Source of the DNA: Welwitschia mirabilis
Taxonomy: Eukaryota
Length of the DNA: 64,000 bases
Direction: 5' to 3'
NCBI GenBank assembly: GCA_051453625.1
Contig: JBOZIK010000001.1
Span: 24,924,849 to 24,988,848 of the forward strand
Shown here piece by piece: positions 1-14,744 of the stretch (positions within the stretch are counted from its first letter, which is position 1; every line of letters begins with the position of its first letter). Position numbers and translations under genes: made by a program. The notes below the pieces were generated by a model that worked only from the letters and a program-made list of their open reading frames with translations, had not been told where the DNA came from and ran no database searches.

Positions 1-344
1 TAGAATTGATATAAAAAATGTTTTACATAGTTTAGAAACTCTATTAATTAAAGCTTACAAAATGTGGGTTATAACACTGATCCTCCAGTGGAGTCCCTAC
101 AACTACCAACACTGCCAAAGGTTCCTTTTATATAAATTTACCCTAGTGCGATAGGAAAGTGACCATGTATTTTAGCACAGATACAACAGATCAGGGTCAT
201 TATTCTTTGTTTTTTTCCTTTTTTTCTTTATTTTTTTACACAAGTAATTCCCATATGATCACATGCTCAAAAAGACGAAGGTGAAGAAGTGAGATGAAAG
301 ATAAAAAAGAACACACCTAAACAACCAAAGACCTTACAGTATTG

Positions 345-521
345 GAAAAAAAGCACAAAAAACAAGGCATATTCCTTCAAAGTAAAGTTCATAGACATGT
401 GAATATCTTAAGATTAGGTGAATCTACCTCACAAAATTAGAAAAAAAGCACAAAAATCAAGGCATATTCCTTCAAAGTAAAGTTCATAGATATGTGAATG
501 TCTTAAAATTAGGTGAATCTA
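345..521. repeat. Tandem duplication, about 95 bp period, in the 3' region of element A
   Basis: GAAAAAAAGCACAAAAA...CAAGGCATATTCCTTCAAAGTAAAGTTCATAGA...TTAGGTGAATCTA occurs at about 345-426 and 440-521. Confidence 0.9.
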
Positions 522-689
522 ATCTGATCATTGTAAAAATGCCCAAGTATGAGTACTAATCATGAAAACTTTATAAAGCAAACACATAAGTCAAGTGAAA
601 GATAATTAAGTGACATCATAACATCCATCAAACGAATTGATTAACAGAGAATTCAGACAATGGTAAGAAGGAAGTCCTTTATATCAAGG

Positions 690-3600
690 GGAATCTCCAA
701 AATAATTGCTTCTGTCATGTTCAAGGTTGCACCAAAAGGTTTTTCATATATTTTCAACCTTTATTCCTTAACTTTTTGAATCTCTTTAATGTTTAAGGCA
801 GAAATCTCAACAGATCCATTAGAATGTACTTTATTTATGAGATAAGGACTTAACCATTTAGAGCTCAACTTCTTGTGTAAAAGATTTACTCTAGTATTGT
901 ATAAAATAACAAGTTGACCAGCTTTAAAATTTGTATGAATTAACTTTTTATTATGTTTGAACTTAGCTTGGGCTTTGTAAATGAGTTGATGATGTATAAC
1001 ACAAGTACATTTCTCATCTAAGTGATTAATTTGGACTATTCTATTTTTAATATTTTCATGAATATATACAAGATTAAGTTGATGGGAAGAACGATAAGAT
1101 TTATAACATACATCAATAGATAAAACACAAACTTTTTCGTATACAAGTTCATAAGGTGAAAAATCAAGAGAACTATGCTAAGTAGTACAGTAAGCTCAAA
1201 GAACATAGTTAAGCTTAGAAACCCAAGATTTCTTATTAACAAAGATAAGTTTTTGTAGTATTTTCTTTATATCTCTATTTGCATTTTTAGCTTGATCATT
1301 GGCTTGTTGATGATAAGTACAAGCTACTATATGTTTATTTTAATGGATAAAGGAAGTTTCCTATGTCGATTAATAAAATGATTTTCTTGATCACTAATGA
1401 CAATCTTAGGAAAACCAAGACATTGAAAAATATAAGATCTAACAAAAGTACAAATAGTTCTAACATAATTCGTAAAAGTAGGAATAGCTTCAACCCATTT
1501 AGTAACATAATCAACAACCCCTAAAAAGTTGTTTCTTATCATTAGAAGGTGGTTTAATAGGGGCTCTAAAATTAATTCCTGAATAATTAAAAGGTTCACA
1601 TTTAAGAATAGGTTTAAGGGACATCTCATGAGAACAAATAAGGCTACCATAACGTTGACACACATCACACCTTTTAGAAAAATTAAAGGAGTCCTAAAAA
1701 AGACTAAGTCAATATAAACCAAAGTGAAGAATTTTCATTACTATTTTCTGTTCACTAAAATAACCTTCACAAACATCATCATCATAAAGATGAAGGATTT
1801 CTAATTTTCCCATTGAGGCATATATTTTTTCATGTTTTGTTCTTTTCACCTATGGTAAAGATGTGGCTCTATCCATTCATAATTACCTATTTTATGGACA
1901 AAAGATTTTCTTTGATTATGAATTCGATATTGTGGCATTTTCATAATAATAAGATAATTAACTATATCAGCATACCAAGGAGAAGGATAAGTAGAAGATA
2001 TGACAAAATGTTGTTCATCCGGAAAAGAATCATCAATCATACAATCATCAAGAGAAGAAGAAAGATGTGACAAATGGTCTACTATACTATTATGTTTCCC
2101 TGCTTTATCAATGATGGTAAGATTAAATTCTTACATGAGGAGGATCCATCTAATAAGTTTAGCACTATAATTCTCCTTGGTCATAAGGTATCTTATAGAT
2201 AAATAGTCATTACAAACATTTGTATAAAAGCCTAAAATATAGTGTCTAAGATTCTCGAGGTCAAAGATTATGACTCTTTTTTGTTTCTTAGTAGTAGTGT
2301 AATTCAATTGAGCTTTAGACAAAGTTTTTATATGATAAGATATAACTTTAAAATAATTTTCATACTTTTATCCAAGAACCTCATCTAAGACAATATTACT
2401 AGCATTACAAATTAATTCAAAATCTTTATTTCAATTGGGTCCCATTATTATAGATGTAGAAGAGATTTTATCTTTAAGTTTTTTAAAAGCAAGGTAATGA
2501 AATTTATTGCATTCAAATTTAGCTTCTTTTTCAAGTAATAATTGAAGGGATTTACAAATTTTAGCATAACCTTAAAAATGATGATAAAAAATAAAATAAT
2601 TATGTAAAGATTAAAATTATTTTATATTTATTAGAGGAATTATATTTTTAATGATACTTACTTTTTCATGATCCATTCTAATTTCTTTACTATAAATATG
2701 GTGACCTAAGGCAATTCCATTATCAACTATAATGAAACTATTCTCATAACTCAAATGTAGGCCATTCTCAATACATTTATTAGGGACTCTATTTAACCTT
2801 TTTAATATTTGTTTAAAGTTTTTGCCAAATATTAAGAAGCAATCCATAAAAATTTTAATTAAATCGTCTANNNNNNNNNNNNNNNNNNNNNNNNNNNNNN
2901 NNNNNNNNNNNNNNNNNNNNNNNNNNNNNNNNNNNNNNNNNNNNNNNNNNNNNNNNNNNNNNNNNNNNNNNNNNNNNNNNNNNNNNNNNNNNNNNNNNNN
3001 NNNNNNNNNNNNNNNNNNNNNNNNNNNNNNNNNNNNNNNNNNNNNNNNNNNNNNNNNNNNNNNNNNNNNNNNNNNNNNNNNNNNNNNNNNNNNNNNNNNN
3101 NNNNNNNNNNNNNNNNNNNNNNNNNNNNNNNNNNNNNNNNNNNNNNNNNNNNNNNNNNNNNNNNNNNNNNNNNNNNNNNNNNNNNNNNNNNNNNNNNNNN
3201 NNNNNNNNNNNNNNNNNNNNNNNNNNNNNNNNNNNNNNNNNNNNNNNNNNNNNNNNNNNNNNNNNNNNNNNNNNNNNNNNNNNNNNNNNNNNNNNNNNNN
3301 NNNNNNNNNNNNNNNNNNNNNNNNNNNNNNNNNNNNNNNNNNNNNNNNNNNNNNNNNNNNNNNNNNNNNNNNNNNNNNNNNNNNNNNNNNNNNNNNNNNN
3401 NNNNNNNNNNNNNNNNNNNNNNNNNNNNNNNNNNNNNNNNNNNNNNNNNNNNNNNNNNNNNNNNNNNNNNNNNNNNNNNNNNNNNNNNNNNNNNNNNNNN
3501 NNNNNNNNNNNNNNNNNNNNNNNNNNNNNNNNNNNNNNNNNNNNNNNNNNNNNNNNNNNNNNNNNNNNNNNNNNNNNNNNNNNNNNNNNNNNNNNNNNNN

Positions 3601-6600
3601 NNNNNNNNNNNNNNNNNNNNNNNNNNNNNNNNNNNNNNNNNNNNNNNNNNNNNNNNNNNNNNNNNNNNNNNNNNNNNNCCTTGGATTTTATTAAGTATTT
3701 GGTTAAGGAAAGGTAAAGGGCAATGGTCTTTCTTGGTTACTTTGTTTAGCTTTATAAATCAATGCACATTCTCTACTTCCCATCTTTCTAAGGCACTACT
3801 ATCAAATGAATAACCCACTTATTATCAGATATGACATAAATAATTCTAGCATCCATTAATTTAATGATTTCATATTTTAAAACTTGTTTAAGGGCTGGAT
3901 TTAGTGTGCAGTGGGGTTGCTTAACAGGTTTTGCATTTTCTTTAAGGTAGATTTTATGTTAAACAATGGAAGTAAGAATGGCTGTTAAATCTTTGTGCGT
4001 CTAAGCAAAAACATTTACCTTAGAATTACAAAGTAAGATTAAGACCGATTCTTGTTAAGGAAAAAGATTCTCGTTTATTATCAATAGTTTTTTCTGATAT
4101 TCACATAGAAAAATATATTTCAATCCACTAGGTAAAGGTTTCAGATTTAAATTTAGATTTACAGTTTTTATTAATTTTTGATCAAAATTTATTATCATCT
4201 CAAACCATCGTCTGAATGACTAGGATGAATGACCTCCATCAAAATATAAAGACTCAGTTATTTTCAGATGTTGGACTTCTTTACAAATTGTAGTTTCAGT
4301 TTCGTCACTTTCCTAATCAAAATAGTCAGTTCCTAAATCCTCATAGTTGAATTGCTTATCATAAAAACTTTTTACTTCAAGTGGATCATCAAATAAGATA
4401 ATCTCATGAAGCATTAATCATCTCTATTCAAGTGGATGATTCTATAAAAATAATGTTGGCTTAGTTTCTTCTTCAATATTCAACTCATCACCCATGTATT
4501 TTTTAGTGGCATCAAAAACTTTTATGGTAAAATTTTTATTTCCTAAGTGATATTCCCTCATTCTAGTTTTTTTTATCAATAATACAATGGGCTGTTGTAC
4601 AAAATGCTCTACTTAGAAGTAGTGGATATCCTTCATTATACTTAACATCAATTACAATGACATCTATTAGATGGAATGAATTCTTAATTTAAATCACCAA
4701 ATCTTTTACTATTTCTAAAGGTTTCTTCACTGATGTATATGCTAATTCTAAGATAATGCATGTAGGATCAATTCTACTTTTCAAACCAAGTTGTTGACAA
4801 AAGTGTAAAGGCATTATGTTAACACTCACTCCTATATTAGTTAAGGCTTTTTTTATTCTTTTATTTATTTCTAATGTGATACTAAATATTGCTGCTCCTG
4901 AATCCTTAAATTTTGGACCTTTTTGCAAAATTAAGTTGATTATACATTGGGATAGGAAGACTTTATTAGGTACAGTTAGTTTTTGTTTTCTTCTAAATAG
5001 GTCTTTCCATAACTTAGAATATTTGGGATTTTCTTGTAAGAGTTTTCGAAATGGTAAATTTATGCTCACATTTTGCATCAAGGCTTTAAGATGATCATCA
5101 AAGGTAGGATTGATATTTAATCTATCAAGCCATGAATAGTAGGTTTCTTACCTTTATCTTGAGAATAATTTTTCTTATTAAGCTTATCACTTAAAGGAGA
5201 AGGGAAAGTATGATTTTCTAAGATTTTAATATCCTCTTCTTCTTCATCATTCTTATCATTTTAGGAAGTTGAAGCCTCATGGATAGGAGGCGTTATGTTA
5301 TTTTCACTTCTAGTAACAACCTTACAATCTTTTCTTACTTTATGAGGGTTTAGTAAAGGTTGTATTGCAAGTGATCCTTGTGGTTCAAGACTAGTTTATT
5401 GAAGAACATTAACAAGATTTTCAATGTTTGAATTTGTCTTTTCTTGAGATTTTCTTAATTCATCAAAGGAATTTGTAAATGGATCATTTTGATTTTAAGA
5501 ATTTGATGTACTTGCTTGATAATTTAAGTTACTTGGTTAAAAGTTTGAGTTATTTGTTTAAAAGTTAGCATTCTCAAATCTATTTCTAAATGGTTGAAAA
5601 TTTGCATAATCTGCTTGAAAGTTCTTAAATTTGTTCTCAAAAGATTGAAAATTAGGTTCTCCATTTATCTTAAGGTTGAAATTGGTTTTTATTTTGGTTT
5701 TGATTTTGGGTTCTAAAGTTTGAAGACTTTTGGTTAAATGCATACACCTCTTCATAAATTTTGTCTTTGTAAGTAGGTAATAAAGGATACTCTTTTATTA
5801 CATGATAGTTGTCTTTACACCAATCACAAGCTAAAAACACACTCTTTTCAATTGTCACTTTTGCATCTAAATTCATTTGAGTGTACTTTCTTAATGTTGT
5901 TGCGAAATCTTTAATAACATTTGTTGGTTATTTTTTTTGTTTTTACTTTCTCCTTTTCTTGTTTTACTTCTTTAAGATCTTTTATGATTTGGCCTATAAT
6001 ATAATTTTCTTTAGGTGTTGATTTAGGTCATCTTTGATTTACTTCTGCTAGTTCTTCCAATAATATCCTTGCATTTTCTAATGTGAGATTCATTAAATTT
6101 TCTCGACATGAAAAATTTATAAGTTATTTGGTTTGGCTATTAAGTCCACTATAGAAATAATCTACAAATTCTTCTTGAGTGAATGCATATATAGGATTAG
6201 AATGTATTACAATGAAAAATCATTTATAAGTGGAGGAATAATCTTTATTATGTTGATGTTGGAAATTTGTTACCTCTTTTTTTCTTTTTCCTATTGTTGT
6301 TTCACTTATAGATATTTTATAAAGGCTTCTTGAATTGGTTTCATGTTTTTAAGCTTTTATGTGAAATAGTTCTTAACCATAATTTTTCTTTTCCTTTTAA
6401 TGTGAGGGAAGAGATAACCATATAAATAAAATCACTAATTTGTGTTTCATTGTTTTTAAAAGTAAGCATTAATTGTTCGATGTTAGCTATATGTTGGAGG
6501 GGATCTTCATCATTTTATTCATTAAAAATAGAATAAGCATTTAAATTTCTTAATTTAACATCATCACGAGGAGGTAGGTCAAAAGAATTTTGGATTTTAC

Positions 6601-6800
6601 ACTTCTTTTTTGCAACTAGTTCTTTAAGAATAACATTAGCATTTGGATTTATAGGAGTAGTAGAGGTTCCAATCATGATAGGGGGAATTAGATGAAGCAA
6701 CTTGTTTCTGTTTTTGCTTAGAATTTGACATTGTAATTTTCTTCTAAACTTTATTTTAAAAAATTTTATTTGGAAAAATCAGACTTAGAAATAATAAATA
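690..6800 (-). pseudogene. gag-pol pseudogene of element A, interrupted by gap 2871-3678
   Basis: ORF fragments: protease KALTNIGVSVNIMP (4689-5081), RT end MDCFLIFG (2617-2847), RNase H AQLNYTTTKK (2131-2322), PWYADIVNYL (1846-2073), integrase VDYVTKWVEAIP and PKIVISDQENHF (1327-1722), and a gag Cys/His motif CDWCKDNYH (5670-5876). There are many stops and frameshifts, and the ends are approximate. Confidence 0.9.
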
Positions 6801-7388
6801 TAGAAAAATCTTCTTACTTAATTCTTGGAATATTTTGCATACCTGAGGTGTGAATACATGGGCTTATTTCCTAGTCGATTAAACCTTCTCAGATGTTTTC
6901 TTTGATCAATAACTGCTCTTTCTAATATTTCATATTTTTATCAAGTTTTACTATGTCTTAGCATGCTTAGTTCTTTATCTCTATGGTTATCCGAATGATG
7001 TACCTGGACAACAATAGACACAAAAAAAACCTAAAAATGAAGAACACAGAAAACCAGAATTGCAAAATAACATAGAATGAAAACTAACAGTCATTCACTA
7101 AGTTATTTGAATGACATAGGGAACGATAAGAAAATTCTAGTTTTTAAGAAAATGAAAAACTCTAAGTTTCATAGGTTATCATTACGACATATTATCTAGA
7201 CAACTAGGTGGACAATACGACATTATTTTTAAAATGCAAAATGAAAAATGTGGAAAGAAAAACCTATGCTTCTACTATAATAATACAATGCTACTATAGA
7301 CAAATACTTGAATCAAGATCCAAACTAGTTATCTAAGCAATCATACTCCTTGAACTTCAATCATCTTTCCTCAAAAATATCAACAAAA

Positions 7389-7408
7389 TATTACAATGCG
7401 TATTTGTG

Positions 7409-7446
<38 letters not shown>

Positions 7447-8636
7447 CATAATATGATACATGAATATAGATGGAAGTAATTCAAATGTCATAATTCTGTC
7501 GAAGGAATAAGTGAGAAAAAAGAGAATTGATTTCAAATGAAATTCTTGTGCAATCTCTAAATAGAACAATAATAATGTAAAATAACAGTAAAATAAACAC
7601 ACTATGCAAATGAGATGCAAGTTCCATTCTAAATGCAACATCTATTCGATCATAAAATTAACCTATCATAGAAACCAATCTTATATAATCTAGATCAATC
7701 AAGGAAAGCCATTACTAGGTCAAGACCAAACTAAACTCTCAGATGCATCAAACAAAATATGAAAATAATGCAAAGTTAATATAAGAAATGAAATGCAATA
7801 ACCTAAACTAATAATGTCAACCTTGATAAAGGTTTCCCTCATGATCTATATCATAGATAAATCTGTCACAAAATCAAAAGAAACATAAACCATAAGGGAG
7901 ATGCACATAATCAATGATATAATAAGAAAAATAGAGTTTTGATTAAGTTAAATTAATATCCATGTTACAAAGTAGTAGCACCTCCATAAAGGATACACAA
8001 CCCAACATTAAGGAAGATGTTTCTCTACAATAACAAGGGATGAACCTCTTTCCCTTCAATCTTCTATTATGAAAATTTTCAATGCCAAAAAAGATAAAAT
8101 TATAGTTAAGGATAAAGGAGGTATTTATTATAAGATAGAATTTAAAAATACCAAATACTAACAGATGCAATGAAAACCCTAATAGCCGTACAAGAAGGTG
8201 CAATAGATATGACAAAACTTTGGTAGAGTCTAGTGAAGCATTATTTTTAGGTGTCATCTTACTCATTATCTAGATATCACAGGAGACAATGCCACATCAT
8301 ATAAGTTCCACATTGATTGCTAGATTAGTTTAGTAAGGATCATTATCATGATAAGTACTTCTATTATCCATATAGTCGTTTAGTTGATGAGGTGAAAAAT
8401 GGGCTTCTTAAAGATGTTTTTTGTGTTGGATTAGACTCTTTAATTACAGGATTGCTACTTTAGATCAGAAGTATTGTGATTTGCTTTAAATGCTATCAAA
8501 TGTAATAAAGATTACATGTTTTCATGATATTTTCCTTAGCTCTCCATTAACATCAAAACTTAGCATAAATCTATTTAATGTCTTATAAATCTACTTAAAA
8601 CACCCTATTAAATACATACAATTTAGCAGTGCAACA
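7389..8636 (-). repeat. 5' LTR of element A (about 1.25 kb)
   Basis: Aligns by eye along its length with 27109-28366 and 38467-39728. It ends ...TTTAGCAGTGCAACA on the plus strand. Confidence 0.85.
7411..7444. repeat. (AT)n microsatellite inside LTR A
   Basis: Uninterrupted AT run, not present at the equivalent position of the sister LTRs. Confidence 0.95.
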
Positions 8637-9900
8637 CTCACATAAAATGGTTGAACTTTAACAAATGAGGTTTCTTATGAAGTTGAATCCTTTCTTCAAG
8701 TTGTATCATAATATTTCATGCATGGAGTTTCGATAGTAATTATTTCATTCCTTAAGACTCCCTACTTGTTCAAGGTACATTATGGTAGAAATTTTAAGGG
8801 ATCTTTAGGGAATAAGACATTCCAATCAAAATGTTTTGCTTTTTTCTTTCAATTTATCAAAGGGTGTGGATAGGTGGTTCTTTTTAAATTAGGTGAATAT
8901 TATAGAGGAATGGAAAATGATCCTACCTATATAGGTTTTTTTAAACTTGGGTGAGATAATAAATCCTTCTCTTTCTAAAGATTTTTATGAATAAGAAGAT
9001 ACTATCTCAAGTTAGTTGAGATCTCTCAAATCCAAGTTCTTTTCAAGAATTTATTAAAATTCTCTATATTAGTGCATAATGTAAGATCATCAATAAAAAT
9101 TTTATCAATTTCTTTAGATATGTTACATACTTACCTTTATTTCTTATTGGGAAGTTCCTTACTAAGCTTTAATTATTTGTAGTTGATTCCCTTTTTTAGG
9201 TTGAGAAGAATAGTTAACTTTTTATGATCTGTTACTTTCACAAATTTGTTTTTACTTAGGCTAGAAAAAGGTCTAAGTTTATTTTGTCCTTTCTTAATTG
9301 GTTCCTTATTTTTCCTACTATTTTTACTCATTTAAAGGAATACAAATGTCTTTAAGAAAAATAATTCATCATGAAAATTTAAATGAATTACTTATGAAAT
9401 ATCAATCATTTTCAAGAATATTTTCAAATTTTCAAATGGAATGTACAATTTCAAATCTCAATGCTCATGAATGGAAAACATTAAATAAAGAGGACAATCT
9501 AGAAAAAACTTATCTAATTTCAAAATTTGTAGAGACCTTTTGTTTAAACTTTCTTATACGGCATAGCTTATTGCTATAGCTGTTTTTTGAGGTCTATTAC
9601 TTAGTAAACCAATAAAGAGTTCTAAGCATCCTACTTCACTTAAAAATAATAAAAACTAAAACGGAAAGAAAATTAATAATTTGAAGAAATGATGATGTAA
9701 ATTAATATGTTAAACTAAAAAAATCTTCATAGTTCAAGATAAAGTTCAAAGAAATCTATGGCAATGATGCAATAAAAATAATGATCAACTTGTAAAGTTA
9801 GGACCTATGATTCAAGTGTAACCTTAAGATCATATCTATGGAATTACTGAATGTGAGCCATATTAAAAAAAACTATGCTAAAACATCATTTGTAATTACA
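8637..9900 (-). mobile_element. Older, highly degenerate Athila-like remnant (PBS/LTR junction)
   Basis: TCTATGGCAATGATGCAATAAAAA at about 9755-9778 resembles the reverse complement of the Athila PBS (TCCCCGGCAACGGCGCCA) after C>T/G>A decay. It is followed by TGATC at 9782. The extent is uncertain. Confidence 0.4.
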
Positions 9901-12900
9901 TTAAAACATAAAATATAATATAATTCAATATGAAATTGAAATCTAGAAAAGGAGATCAATGAATGTAATAGAGCACAAGTATTCATAAGAATAAAAATTA
10001 TGCAATTTCATTTTATCAATTATGAGTCTATCACTTAAATAACTAATGCAATAAGCGACTATTCTAGTTTGTAATTTGATTATAACCTTAACATAGAAAA
10101 TTATGGATAAATCTTAACTAATATAGTAATTAGTATGCAAATCCAACATCAAACTCTATTAAGAATTAAAAGCTAATTTCATTAATTAGAGTAGTTGTAC
10201 AACATATTTCTACATAAAAGAGGGTTCACCAATGGAATTAAAGAATGCATCTCATGTCAAAATCCAACAAGAATAACATCAACATAAATAAAATATTTTG
10301 TTCTATTATAGAATTTGAATTATTATAGGAATTGTAGAATTGAATAAATTACAATCGACTTTTTGATGATCTTTATAGGGAATGAACAAAATTAGGAAAA
10401 ATGGAAATAAGTAGCTTTAAGTTGGTTACCGGATGAAACAAACATAGTTAGGGATTGATTTAGTACAAGTTAAACTTCATTCTAATGAAATGTAAGTTAT
10501 GGTTTATCGCATTTGATGTAGCAATGTGATGTATATATTGATTATTCTTAACCTATAGAATTACTCAAACCCTATAATGCAATTAGATGTGGTATCAATC
10601 ATTAATATAATGTGAGAAAAACTATAACTATTTTCTATTATAATGGCTTATCACAATGCTATACTAAACTCATTTACTTTAATACTCAACTACCATCATA
10701 ACAAGACTTGCAATGTGATGATATTCTATATCATAATGCTTTCTTGAAATTTATTGTAACCAATTATTCTAATAAAAATACATCAAATGTACTATTACAA
10801 GCTATCACAATGCTATAAGACTTGAAATGGTGTATATATAATTGAATATTTTGACTATATCATCAAAACATTTGATGCAAAGGATTTTATATTAAAGAAA
10901 TTTTCATTAGTTATGCACAAAATTTGATATATTACAATACATAATTAGTTGCATTTATTATATAACTACATAAGCAAAGTTAGAAGATGCTGCATTTTGT
11001 ATCTCATGCATGATACACATGTGCATGATTTGTAGGTATGAACAGTATGATGTGGAATGTGTGTTAGTTTTAAAAATTCTAAAAATTATGCACAAAGCAA
11101 GTGGGAGAGAGGAACAACACAAATCCTTATCTATGATTATGTCATTAGCATTAAAATCCTAATTAATAATATAAAAAGCCCCTATAATTTCACTTACTTT
11201 TCCCTACTAAAAAGGTTTTTTTCATCTTGATTTAGGGAATACCACATAATCTCATTCTTAGTAATAATGATAATGGTATTTTTTACAATTACCTAAAGGA
11301 AGTATTTTTGCTTTGAGGGAATTATACCCACTATGGGAATATCATTTATTTCTTATTCTTCTTTTTTTATTTAGTATGGATAAGATTTAAATACATTTCA
11401 TGCAACTTATAAGTCATAGTAAGTGTATATTTGAGAAAAGAGGGGAATAACACCTAAGTACACAACTGGTAAAATGACATAGAAATGAAGGTTTAACATC
11501 CCTTAATAAATTGATGTAAGTGAACTTATATTTCAAAGGTGCACACTTAAATTGGTAGTCCCTTATCTTTTAGTAAAACACCCCCCTAGGCTTATTAGGT
11601 GCATGAACTTGTGTTTTCTTACTTTTAGATTATGGATCTACCTAGGGTTGTACTTACTCTATAATTGAGAAATGACCAATTTCTTGAAATTGTTCAAAAT
11701 GTTACTTAGCCTTGAGGTTTTCTTCCATTAAATTAGCTATTTAGGAACTTGATTACAACCATATTTTGAGTCATCTTATAAGATAATAAGTAGTACAATT
11801 ATATTATGGCATCTTTAATAATAAGGAAAAGAAATGAATAAAAATAGTATAATTTATTATTTAAAAATTTTAAGAAATTTAATTAGATGAAATTAATATC
11901 TTAAAGAATTTAAAGAAACAATTATAATTAAAATGAAAGTTATCAAGAATATTATATAGCAAAAATAGCTATGATATGTAAGAGAATTAATGTAAGAATT
12001 ATTAGTTATATCAAATGCATAGAAAAAATAAAAAACATTATAAGAAGAAAATAATCTAGTACAAATAATTAAAAAAAGAAGATATTTTTAGTAGAGATAG
12101 GTTTAAAAATTATCAAGAGTCAAGGGATCAAATTAAAATTTAGTAATAGAATGGAACGAGTGAATTATAGAAATTGAAAGAATCAAAAGAGTTAAATCAG
12201 AATAAGAGAATGTTAAGGCCTTTACTATGTTTGATTTTGTAAATTAAAGTAGTGACAACCTAGTAGAAAGAAAACGTAGACAAGTGGAAGGGTGGATTAT
12301 GTGGTGTATTACTTAGTAAGAAGAAGTGGCTAGGTTTAAGAGGAAGTGGAAACACCCAAATTTCATGCTGGTAAAATCATATAGAATCTTATGATATAAA
12401 TGGAGAAGAAAATTCTTATATAGTGATGACAAATACAAATTTACTCTTCTAGGTAGCTTTTTTTTTAATTGGAGGACATTCTAAGACTAATGAAATTAAA
12501 GATTGATCATTCAAAAATGAAAATTTTTTCTTTTCACCAAGGTGAAGATACTAATTTTACCATAGGGATTAATCATCTTTATATTTTCCTTTGATATGGA
12601 TAGAAATTTCTTCTTAACAAAGGATTATTGGTTTGTTATCTTAGAATTTTAGCATACATTTTCTTTATTCTAGTTGCTTTATGATCTTAACATTCATATG
12701 GGTTTACAATTATATGTTCAACTATAAGTTGATTTTATAATATTTGTTAATAATGTTTTCTCTATTTACCATTGTTGAAAATAGAGTTGGATTGCTTTGA
12801 TAAGGATAGCAATAAAAGTGGCTTAGTTTCGTCTCTAGTGGAATTAGATGTTATTATGATAAGATGCATGGAAGTAAATAGAACAAGGATTTTGACATAC

Positions 12901-13748
12901 AACTTAGCATAGTAATAGCATTTAGAATACCATTCATGAAGAAGTTTCAACTTCCAACTACAACCATGATAGTGTTTTCATTATTGCTTGTAACTCAAAT
13001 AGTAGATGGAATAATTAAATAGTGTACTTTCCTTACTACACTCTAGTTTTTACTTTCTATGAACTTTTCCTTCTTTTTTTTAACAAAATAAAACTAATCC
13101 AAGTATAATACAGACACTTAATGTTAGGATTTGGCACAACTTAAGAAAGTCATATCTCGAAGCATACATGATGGCAATATAGTCTTTGTCAAACTTAAGA
13201 ACATTGAAAAATTTTAATGCTAAGGAAAAAGTGGTGTTTTATGGCTCTTGGTGGTTCTAATGGATATATAAAATTCTTGATTATCTCCTTGATGATATGT
13301 TACTATGATTCTAATGTATAGTAAAAGTCAAGAAAAGTTTACTTTCTTTAGTCTGATATAATTTCAAACTTCCAAGGAATCCATTTCAAAATTTCTTTGG
13401 TGGTGTATATAAAATTGAAAATTTAATTGATTTCCTTCTTAAACAACTCACTACTTTTATTATCTTATTGTGCAATGAGCATTTTGGTAGATAACAAGAA
13501 TATAAAAAAGGAAAAATTAATATTTCTTCATAAATGTTTCTTGGTATTCTCTCAAATAAAATTCTGAGAAGAAAACATGAAAAATCCTAAAAATAAGTAT
13601 TATAGAATTTTTTAGAGAGATACTTACATTCTTATTTTAACTTCCTTTACAAACCATATTCTCCATTCAAAAAAAATAAAAAAATGATAAAATCATTTTT
13701 CATTTTTTGCTAAAGTTCTCATAGAGGTGTAGTTCTCACTTATACACA

Positions 13749-14744
13749 TGTTGGAAAATCTAGTTTTGATGATTTCACTTGTCAAATATTTTATGTCATT
13801 ATGGAAATATATCATTATAGGAATATTAGACCTTGATAAGTACTAGAGTATGATGTATCTTTAAAGACATAATCTTACAAAAAGGATTAGATGCTAAACT
13901 GCAAATACAATTATTTGAAGATGTTTTGAATGAAGACATCTAGAACAGTAAAGAAGTCTTGAATGTACTAAGCTGAAATAGGTAATAGAGTTAACTTAAT
14001 TTTTAACTAATATCTTACATCTCAGATGATCTATGAACTTATACATTGTAAGTTCATGATCAAAAACATCGAGGGATACTATAGAGCAAAATTCATTAGA
14101 ATCTAGGAAAGTAGACTAAAGATGTCTACAATAGTGAAGATGTCTAAAGTGTAGACATCTACAAAAGTAAAGATATCTTAGAACAAAACTCACATCAATG
14201 AAAAGAAAATATATGCATATGAAACATAGACATTAGCTATCCATTTCATGATGGTTGCAAAATCAAATGGCTACCCTTCAATTTCAAATGGCTAGATCTT
14301 ATTCAATGTTACAAAGGATCCATATCAAGAACCAAGAAAAAACTATTTAGTACTTTACTAAATTAAAAAATATATATATCTTGGAAAGAAAAAGTAAAGG
14401 AAACCTTTCTTGAAGAAACCAAAGATTCAGCATCAAGTATCTAGCATTGTTTCATCTCTTGGATTTGGATCTTTATTGCTATCATCTTTCTCATTCATAC
14501 TCATAACAACAACAAATTCAAGGATTTTAAATATTCATCAAAGTAAATATTCAGGCTTGTTATTATGTTGCATTTTGGTTATTCATTATGAACCATCTTA
14601 TCATTGAATATAGTTGTAGAGTCCATTTCTTGAATATCAAATACTTTGTAAGGCAATCCTTATAGGGGTGTACATTTGCTATTGTGCTTTTAGGAATTTG
14701 TTAAATATAAGGTTATTGACTAGCTAGAAAAGCATTATTCCCTT
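13749..14744 (+). repeat. Sirevirus 5' LTR, left part
   Basis: Colinear with 42687-about 43706 and broken at ...TTATTCCCTT by element B. Confidence 0.85.

Larger units (their letters stand above)
1..8636 (-). mobile_element. Athila-like Ty3/gypsy LTR retrotransposon A, degenerate, 3' end outside the window
   Basis: Minus-strand domain order is gag-PR-RT-RH-INT. The 5' LTR at 7389-8636 begins TGTTGCAC on the minus strand. The element is colinear with element C (27109-39728). Confidence 0.9.

Noticed and set aside
2822..3694. Long ORFs in the track (also 42198-42623, 55684-55956, 57974-58425 and similar)
   Set aside because: They are artefacts of N-gaps translated as X.
7943..8266. Similar ORFs in LTRs (also 27683-27943; 14410-14607 and 43307-43492)
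   Set aside because: The similarity reflects LTR duplication. I recognised no domain and the frames differ in extent between copies.
11800..13740. Possible ancient gypsy pol remnant with weak RNase H-like wording near 13130-13260
   Set aside because: It is too degenerate to support without a profile search.
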